From a virus: DNA of 64,000 nucleotides. Made by a program: the position numbers and the translations under genes. The notes beneath the pieces were generated by a model, which saw only the letters and a list, made by a program, of their open reading frames with translations, was not told the DNA's origin and did no database searches. Numbering within the stretch: position 1 is the first letter of the stretch; each line of letters starts with the position of its first letter. Shown here one piece after another: positions 57,836 to 64,000 of the stretch. The stretch is from IMG/VR virus record IMGVR_UViG_3300024255_000004; one strand, written 5' to 3'.

Positions 57836-57984
57836 GTAGTCGTTTAATTCATTATGAATAATTTGAAATGACGACTACAACACTAAGGTCGTGGACATGG
57901 GGATACTTAGTAAGGGAAAGGTCAATAGCATAAGCGGATTGGTCGGTGAAGAACGGGTTGCTGTAAGGCGTGGGGTGACTTCAC
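57836..57984 (+). ncRNA. Candidate structured RNA between gp32 and the methyltransferase
   Basis: Stems GTAGTCGT/ACGACTAC, ACTAAG/CTTAGT, GTGAAG/CTTCAC; G-rich relative to flanks. Confidence 0.4.
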
Positions 57985-58002
57985 ACTATTTAAGATTATA
58001 TT

Positions 58003-58884
58003 ATGAAAAGTGAATACTACAAAAATATACTACCATGGAATGAGAACGAGAGGGTTATTGACCAGTTTGGTTGGAACCCACAATCAGTTATCACTCCAAC
58101 TAAATCGTCTAAGAACAATTGGGACGATGCATACTTAACTGCATACGAAGAGAAGAGAGGAGTTTGTCCTCGTCTTCCTAACGGGTTAATGATGAGTGAG
58201 TTTCATGCTGGTTTATGTGAGAACATAGTTCACTATTGGTCTATGGTTGGTGATACAATCGTTGACCCATTTGCTGGAAGATTGACACGTGCATTCGTAT
58301 CGCAATCTTTAGGAAGAAACTATTATGGTTATGATGTATCTTCTGAAACAGTCGATAGAGTTAGACACGAGTTAGACAGACATGAACTCGGTGCAACCAT
58401 TTATGAAGAAGACGGGTGTGAAATGAAATCAACACCTGATGAATCTGCAAACTTAGTTATGACTTGTCCACCTTATGGTGATATAGAAAGATACGAAAGT
58501 GCAGAAGGTCAGTTATCCGACCTAAGAAAGTATGAAGACTTTTGTAATAGGATACAAGTTTGTGGAGATAACATAGAACGAGTTTTAAAGCCAGGAGGTT
58601 TTGCAGTTTGGGTTTGTGGTGATTGGAGAAGAGACGGAGAATACAAACCTTTTCATTCAGATACTATAAATATGTTCACTAAGTCGGGTCTGAAATTACA
58701 TGATATAATTGTAATGAAGAACGACACTATATTTGCAGCTTTACAAGCGGGTAAATGTGCAAGTAAAAGATACACTGCAAAGGTGCATGAATTCATCTTA
58801 GTGTTTCGTAAAGAAGGGGAACTAGAATATAGTTCAGATACAATAAAAAATAGAGAGGAGTCTCTAGAACAATTTTTCAAATAA
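58003..58884 (+). CDS. DNA N4-cytosine/N6-adenine methyltransferase
   Basis: SAM-binding VDPFAG precedes catalytic TCPPY; RVLKPGG, HEFILVF. Confidence 0.85.
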   Translation: MKSEYYKNILPWNENERVIDQFGWNPQSVITPTKSSKNNWDDAYLTAYEEKRGVCPRLPNGLMMSEFHAGLCENIVHYWSMVGDTIVDPFAGRLTRAFVSQSLGRNYYGYDVSSETVDRVRHELDRHELGATIYEEDGCEMKSTPDESANLVMTCPPYGDIERYESAEGQLSDLRKYEDFCNRIQVCGDNIERVLKPGGFAVWVCGDWRRDGEYKPFHSDTINMFTKSGLKLHDIIVMKNDTIFAALQAGKCASKRYTAKVHEFILVFRKEGELEYSSDTIKNREESLEQFFK

Positions 58885-58885
58885 T

Positions 58886-59131
58886 ATGCCAAGTGTTAAA
58901 CCAAGAGTAAATCCAAAGAATAGAATGGAAGAACCATTCGATAAAGTGTTAAGACGCTTTAAAAAAGAATGTGAGAAGAAAGGTATCGTGCAAGAATGCA
59001 GAGATAGAAAGTATCACGAGAAACCTAACGACACTAGGAATCAGAAGAATCAAGAATTAAAAAGAAGAAAGAAACTCAATAAGAAGAAATCATTACTAGA
59101 ACAAAATCGTAGAGTTAGAGGAGTTAGATGA
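58886..59131 (+). CDS. rpsU: Ribosomal protein bS21
   Basis: [32 protein letters not shown] matches the bS21 pattern. Confidence 0.9.
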   Translation: MPSVKPRVNPKNRMEEPFDKVLRRFKKECEKKGIVQECRDRKYHEKPNDTRNQKNQELKRRKKLNKKKSLLEQNRRVRGVR

Positions 59132-59304
59132 GAACAAAAAGAGAGAAACGAATCATTAGACAATTTCTCATCTCTGCAACTATCGGAATACTAGGATTGA
59201 TTGGTGCAATCTATATCTACTTAAACTATCAACCACCATTGAATACACCTAAAGATTATATTGATTCACCTATACAGGAAACAGCAGAAGAGAGATACAC
59301 ATGA
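59128..59304 (+). CDS. Small membrane protein (58 aa)
   Basis: Read manually; GAGGAG RBS, one TM. Confidence 0.55.
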   Translation: MRTKREKRIIRQFLISATIGILGLIGAIYIYLNYQPPLNTPKDYIDSPIQETAEERYT

Positions 59305-59498
59305 ACTGGCACGGAGGGAAAGGTTCCAAAAGAAGGAACTCAGACGATAAACTCTACTCAGATAACTGGGAGAAAATCTTTGGCAAACCTAAACCCGAAA
59401 TCTCTGTTCGTAAAGAAACACCTACCCATGGGTCTACTCAGATTCATAAAGATAAAACAAAGACAATCCCTCGTAAAGGGAAGTATAAAACTATTTAA
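59301..59498 (+). CDS. Small basic hypothetical protein
   Basis: WHGGKGSKRR..YSDNWEKIFG. Confidence 0.65.
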   Translation: MNWHGGKGSKRRNSDDKLYSDNWEKIFGKPKPEISVRKETPTHGSTQIHKDKTKTIPRKGKYKTI

Positions 59499-61964
59499 TT
59501 ACCAAGTTGGAACTGGAGATAACTTACCTTGTGTAGGTTCGTCATTCATAGTCTTAGGTGCATTAACATTGGTATAAGTTTGTCCACTGTTATTGTTAGT
59601 GACATTCGACATAACATTTGAATTGGTTGTTGTGGTTCCACTTGCAGAGTAAGTTTCCATTCTTTGACCTTTGATATTATTACCAGTGTTTGGATTTCCA
59701 GCTGCAGTTATTTGTGTTTCAGTATACAAGCCAGGATACTTAGCATTGTGTTCCATCATTCTTTGTTGGAGTTTATTGTATCTTTCTTTCTCTACAATAA
59801 ATGCATTTCGCACCTCTGCCATTTCCATAGACATTGCAGAATCCGACGCAGGTTGAATATAATCTCTGTCTCTTTTAGTTTTTCTTCTTACAAGTTTCTC
59901 TTGAGGTTCATTTATTGCCATTCTGTCTCTGTCTCTTTGAGTTTCTTTTCTTATAAGTTTCTCTTCGGACTGTTCCATTTGACCTTCAATTCTTTCTTGT
60001 TCGGTAGTTCCCATAACTTTACCAGCAAGACTTTTCATCTTTTCATACCAAGACAATTCTTTAGGGACACCTTTGTCAAGTCTAATCATTGCTTCTGTTA
60101 GTGTGTCTATTGCTTCTGAGAAATTATTAAGGTTATTGGTTGAAGGTTTTAAATTCTTAAACATGGTAATTACATTACCAACACTACCTAAGTTTTTGAA
60201 TGCTTCACCTAAGTCAAGTAGAGGTTTCATATTTACATTTTCTAAACCTTTTGCAAACTCAGTGACCTTTTCCATTGGTGATTTTGCACCAAATAAACTT
60301 CCTAAACCTTCAAGTAAACTTCCTATAAGACTACCACCAGTCATTGCTACTAGACCAGCACCGATTGCAGCTAATCCAGCACCGACTGCTATAAGGTTTA
60401 ATCCGTCAACTTGACTTAACATCATTATGTCTGGCACAAAATTTCCGAATGCTTTTGCAGCTAAGTCAGCTGCATATGCAAATGGAATTAAAGATGCACC
60501 TAGTAAACCAATTGCAAGAGCTCCTAGTGCAATTAGTGGAACAAAACTACCTAGTAATGCAGCTGCAACACCTAGTGTTATTAATGCAGCTGCAATAACA
60601 CCTATGGTTCCAAGTCCAACGTCTTTCATTAAGTTAAGTGAAAATGCAAGTGGAACCATTGCAGCTCCAAGTGCTAAAACGGCTAATGAACCTTTGAGCA
60701 TTGCACCTGTTGACCTTCTTAACATTTTTGCAAGTAAAACTAATCCAGTCATTGCAATTAGACCTTTACCCATTTGTTTAAAGTCTACACCATTAAATTG
60801 TTTTAATCCTATTGCAAGTAGTCCTACTGAACCTCCTAATAGTGCCATAGAGATTGCACCTTTAAGAACTTTACTATCTCCAAACTTCTTAACACCTTCT
60901 GCAATACTTTTTAGGAATCCACCACTCTTACTTCCTTTAGAAGGTATGATTGATTTGTCTGCAGTTGAAGGTAATGCCTTTGCAATTGCACCTTCTTTCT
61001 CACCTTTCTTACTACCAAGTATACTACCCAGCATTCCTTTCTTATCACCTGAATCAGATTGAGATTTTTCTCCTCTACTAAAGACACTAGTCACACCTTC
61101 AAGTGCAGGCCCGAACTTCTCTTTGAATTTTTTCACGGGATTCTTTAATGCATCACCGATACCTTTCATTACGTCACCGAATGCATTTATCTTTTTAGTA
61201 AAGGTGTCTGCCATTCCAAGTAAGTCAATACCTATTAGTTCGTCTAGTCCTTCACTGAACTTGGTCATTCCTTTGTAGTCAGTTGCTTTCTCTAAACCTT
61301 TTTTATACTCTTCAGTAGTTGATTCTAATGCGGCACTTCTTACTTCTAAAGTTTCTTTTTCTTTGTCTATCTCTCTTTGAATCGCTGCAGTGATTTCTTT
61401 TTCTTTTTGCTCTCTTAATTCTTCAACTCTTTTAATCTCCGACATGGTGAAATTCAAGGCACCACCTTGAAGAGTTTTAGACTTAACCTCTAACTCTGCT
61501 AATTCTTTATCTAATTGACCAAGAAGATGATTTTTCTGCATTGATTTATCTATTCTTGCTTGTCTAGCGTCTTCAAGTTCTGAGATTTTATCTTGGGTCT
61601 CATTGAATTCTATTTGTGCATTTCTCATTCCATCGAAATCGAAAGTTTGCATTACACCATCAATCTCTTGTGAAAAATTACTTTGTAGTGCTTTGAGTTC
61701 TTTAGGGTCAAGTGCATCTTGACCTTCTTTCATGTATTTGTCGACAAGACCAGTTAATCCTTTTAACTTCTTAGTGGCTAATGCACCCTTAAAGGTATCT
61801 TTGCTAGACGCTCTAAAGTCTGCAGTAATCTTTGCAATCTGAGGGGAAGCTTCTTCAAGATTTTTAATAATCTTTTGAAATCCAGGCTTTAACTCTTTGT
61901 TAACGTCCCGTATTTCTTTTGCAAATTCTTCTCTCTGTTGCTTTATAGTTTTGTCATCAGCCAT
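59499..61964 (-). CDS. Probable tape-measure / baseplate hub (gp29-like) protein
   Basis: 821 aa; coiled-coil N-terminus, long Ala/Gly/Leu hydrophobic repeat core, Asn/Thr-rich C-terminus; downstream of gp26/gp51-like genes. Confidence 0.7.
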   Translation of the reverse strand: MADDKTIKQQREEFAKEIRDVNKELKPGFQKIIKNLEEASPQIAKITADFRASSKDTFKGALATKKLKGLTGLVDKYMKEGQDALDPKELKALQSNFSQEIDGVMQTFDFDGMRNAQIEFNETQDKISELEDARQARIDKSMQKNHLLGQLDKELAELEVKSKTLQGGALNFTMSEIKRVEELREQKEKEITAAIQREIDKEKETLEVRSAALESTTEEYKKGLEKATDYKGMTKFSEGLDELIGIDLLGMADTFTKKINAFGDVMKGIGDALKNPVKKFKEKFGPALEGVTSVFSRGEKSQSDSGDKKGMLGSILGSKKGEKEGAIAKALPSTADKSIIPSKGSKSGGFLKSIAEGVKKFGDSKVLKGAISMALLGGSVGLLAIGLKQFNGVDFKQMGKGLIAMTGLVLLAKMLRRSTGAMLKGSLAVLALGAAMVPLAFSLNLMKDVGLGTIGVIAAALITLGVAAALLGSFVPLIALGALAIGLLGASLIPFAYAADLAAKAFGNFVPDIMMLSQVDGLNLIAVGAGLAAIGAGLVAMTGGSLIGSLLEGLGSLFGAKSPMEKVTEFAKGLENVNMKPLLDLGEAFKNLGSVGNVITMFKNLKPSTNNLNNFSEAIDTLTEAMIRLDKGVPKELSWYEKMKSLAGKVMGTTEQERIEGQMEQSEEKLIRKETQRDRDRMAINEPQEKLVRRKTKRDRDYIQPASDSAMSMEMAEVRNAFIVEKERYNKLQQRMMEHNAKYPGLYTETQITAAGNPNTGNNIKGQRMETYSASGTTTTNSNVMSNVTNNNSGQTYTNVNAPKTMNDEPTQGKLSPVPTW

Positions 61965-61976
61965 TTACGTTATGTC

Positions 61977-62363
61977 CTATTTTCCACCGAATGCTTTACC
62001 AGCTTCACTGATACCAAATGCACCAAGTGTCACTACCACAAATGATGTGTAGATTGTTTCTGAAACTTTTAAATCCATATCAAATAATAATGCAGTCATT
62101 AGGTCTGTTATTCCAAACACTACCATTAAAAAGAAAGATATAAAACCTATAATAGATTTCTCATTTATGTCATTGTCATCTAAAAACAAATCCATTACTT
62201 TTCTTTTAGGGGGTGCTAATCCAGCACGTGCCTTCTTAGCTTCCTCTTGCATTTCTTTAATGTTGTCTTCTTGTTCATCGAGTTTATCGATAAGAGCCAT
62301 GTATTTCTCTAAGGAAATCTCTACTTCATTGGTTGACTTATCCTTTTCGTCTTTATCACCCAT
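61977..62363 (-). CDS. Membrane protein (two TM)
   Basis: DDNDINEKSIIGFISF..SFVVVTLGAFGISE. Confidence 0.7.
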   Translation of the reverse strand: MGDKDEKDKSTNEVEISLEKYMALIDKLDEQEDNIKEMQEEAKKARAGLAPPKRKVMDLFLDDNDINEKSIIGFISFFLMVVFGITDLMTALLFDMDLKVSETIYTSFVVVTLGAFGISEAGKAFGGK

Positions 62364-62380
62364 AATACTATCCTTCTTGA

Positions 62381-62521
62381 TTATCTACGAGACTTTGCGT
62401 TCTCCGCTTGTTGTCTCTGTTTTTCTTCTTCAAGATGTTGCATGAGAAGTTTAATGTAAATTTCTCTTTCCCAAGGAATCATATTATCTAACTCAGTTAA
62501 TGAATACTTGTGGTGTTGCAT
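62381..62521 (-). CDS. 51: Baseplate hub assembly catalyst gp51-like; frame extends 5' to the gp26 slippery site
   Basis: Read manually: MQHHKYSLTELDNMIPWEREIYIKLL. Confidence 0.8.
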   Translation of the reverse strand: MQHHKYSLTELDNMIPWEREIYIKLLMQHLEEEKQRQQAENAKSRR

Positions 62522-62574
62522 TAACTGAAAGTTAGTGTTATAATGATTGAACACACTTTCATGAGAAAGAGCTA

Positions 62575-63279
62575 TTAAAAAAAATTCTGTATTCCTTCTA
62601 GCTTCGTCTTGTTCTCTTCACTACAAGTTTTGCAATTCCACTCTACTGTTGCATTGAGTTTTGGTAATTTATCATACCAGTCACCTAACACTTCTAGTTG
62701 AGGGAAAGTCAATGATTCTACAAATTCATTTATCTCAACTCGAGTTAAATCTGCACCTTCATAAACCTGTTCTTCATCAAATATGTTTACTATAGATTCT
62801 TTAATTAGTTCTACCGACTGGTTGGACTCGTCAAGGTCTTGTATCTTCTCGACATGTTCAACTGTTGGGACACTAAGTGTTAAACCCACTTTATCAGTAA
62901 TCATGACTTCTTTTGATTCGGGAACTTCACCATCTACTTGTATCTTGTCGAGATGTAGGACATAATCCTCTGTCTCTGAACATTCAGGATTTCCACAAGG
63001 GAACATTAATTTTGATGTTTCCCCTACTGAAACTTTCCTAACTTGAATGAATAACCATTCTAAGTCCGTAGTTGGTAAGTTCTCAATAACAACTTTGTCA
63101 TTGGTCACTGCTTGCAATAATTTTTTAACGGATTGCATAGTCCGTTTTGCATCTTCACCTTCCTTAGCTTGAACTAAGATATTCTGTTCTTTAACTAGAA
63201 ATGGTCTGTATTCTATTGTTTGACCACTTACAGGAAGAACTGTCGTATATGTCGGTGTTGCCTGTATAGGTAATGCCAT
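62575..63279 (-). CDS. 26: Baseplate hub subunit/chaperone gp26-like
   Basis: MALP..P.Y..YRPFLVKE, DLEWLFIQVRKVSVGE, CxxxxC and CxxC pairs, ends LEGIQNFF. Confidence 0.85.
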   Translation of the reverse strand: MALPIQATPTYTTVLPVSGQTIEYRPFLVKEQNILVQAKEGEDAKRTMQSVKKLLQAVTNDKVVIENLPTTDLEWLFIQVRKVSVGETSKLMFPCGNPECSETEDYVLHLDKIQVDGEVPESKEVMITDKVGLTLSVPTVEHVEKIQDLDESNQSVELIKESIVNIFDEEQVYEGADLTRVEINEFVESLTFPQLEVLGDWYDKLPKLNATVEWNCKTCSEENKTKLEGIQNFF

Positions 63280-63304
63280 TATATTTTCCTCACTTTTTTA
63301 ATTA

Positions 63305-64000
63305 TTAACCATCTCCACCAATTCCAAGACCACGGATTGTTCGTCCTATGTTCCCAGCACGGGTAATTTGGGTATCTGCAGAACTTAACTTAGTTAAGTA
63401 TTCTCCAGCCTTTGGACTAAACCTTGAAGCAACTTTGAGAGTATCAAGTGTTGCATCTAATAGTCCACGTCCTGTATTTATACCACTAGAACTACTTGCA
63501 TCATTAGTCATTGGTTCTATAACTCGTGGTTCGTCTGTATTTTCAGGATACGAGATAACAAAATCTGAATATGCCATATCTACTGAAAATTTTAATAGGG
63601 GTTCTTGACTGTCTGCATCTAAAGACATTTCTGCATAACTCAAAGGATATGCATTAAAGAATTCATATCTCATAGCAGGAGAACCACTTATTCTTAGTTG
63701 TTCTATCATCATTCCCCCAGCATATTCGTTATAATATCTCATGACTGGTTGACGTAGTGTTCCTCGGTTTTGTCCTGCTCTATTGTCTGCAGTGAAAGAA
63801 GCCTCTTTTGCAGACTGAATTGGTTTTCCTTCATATATCTTTTGTTGCCATTGTTCAAAAATGATTCTATCTAAGAAACTACTGGTGCATATAAACTCTA
63901 AAGTAATAGAATCTCCATAGTCTATTGTTCCATCAGGGATTTCTCTACTACCCGACCAACCTGTATCTTCAGTGTTTGTTCCTAATGTTATTCCAGGCAA
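63305..64000 (-). CDS. Baseplate/tail-tube junction (gp54-like, tail-tube fold) protein, 5'-truncated
   Basis: REIP..YGDSITLEF..FEQWQQKI..YYNEY..IEQL..AYP; upstream of gp26. Confidence 0.65.
   Translation of the reverse strand: MPGITLGTNTEDTGWSGSREIPDGTIDYGDSITLEFICTSSFLDRIIFEQWQQKIYEGKPIQSAKEASFTADNRAGQNRGTLRQPVMRYYNEYAGGMMIEQLRISGSPAMRYEFFNAYPLSYAEMSLDADSQEPLLKFSVDMAYSDFVISYPENTDEPRVIEPMTNDASSSSGINTGRGLLDATLDTLKVASRFSPKAGEYLTKLSSADTQITRAGNIGRTIRGLGIGGDG

Noticed and set aside
192-58892. Numerous minus-strand and nested ORFs in the six-frame track (e.g. 617-1069, 34131-34745)
   Set aside because: They are shadows of well-supported + strand genes and lack RBS or recognisable motifs
59664-63608. 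Plus-strand ORFs opposite the tape-measure/baseplate genes (e.g. 60427-61062)
   Set aside because: Antisense shadows caused by the Ala/Gly-rich codon pattern of the real minus-strand genes
1-64000. Alternative genetic code / stop-codon reassignment
   Set aside because: Core genes are full length in the standard code and end in TAA, TAG and TGA; no suppressor tRNA seen (the tRNA with a TGA anticodon is a normal Ser tRNA)

Overview
This window is 64 kb of a large, AT-rich T4-like (Tevenvirinae-like/marine 'T4 superfamily') myophage genome. It has no photosynthesis genes. The ISC-type Fe-S genes, a beta-barrel porin and a spanin pair point to a Gram-negative, probably marine proteobacterial host (inference). 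The + strand (1-59498) carries the replication and nucleotide core: gp43 (3' part), uvsX, gp41, gp61, nrdA/nrdB/glutaredoxin, RNase H, gp33, gp59 and gp32. It also carries a block of late-promoter genes (5.7-17.4 kb) whose products look like capsid-internal cargo, with T4 IP-like N-termini and repeated (I/L/V)xE protease sites. Other + strand content: four tRNAs with an embedded GIY-YIG homing endonuclease, and many auxiliary genes (IscU, IscA, about six 2OG-Fe(II) oxygenases, porin, sulfotransferase, PLP enzyme, split carbamoyltransferase, radical SAM/SPASM, RimK-protease fusion, DNA methyltransferase, ribosomal protein bS21). The - strand (59499-64000) is the end of a baseplate hub/tape-measure operon. 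The most notable observations are: (1) a candidate virion-delivered enzyme system (RNA-ligase-like protein plus a nucleotidyltransferase-kinase polyprotein); (2) a RimK ligase/aspartyl-protease 'writer-eraser' fusion with a capsid-targeting-like N-terminus; (3) a probable -1 frameshift fusing gp26-like and gp51-like ORFs, analogous to lambda G/GT; (4) several structured non-coding RNAs, one resembling glutamine (glnA/downstream-peptide) riboswitches; and (5) two distinct classes of sigma70-like promoters. Family names come from motif recognition only; no database search was run.
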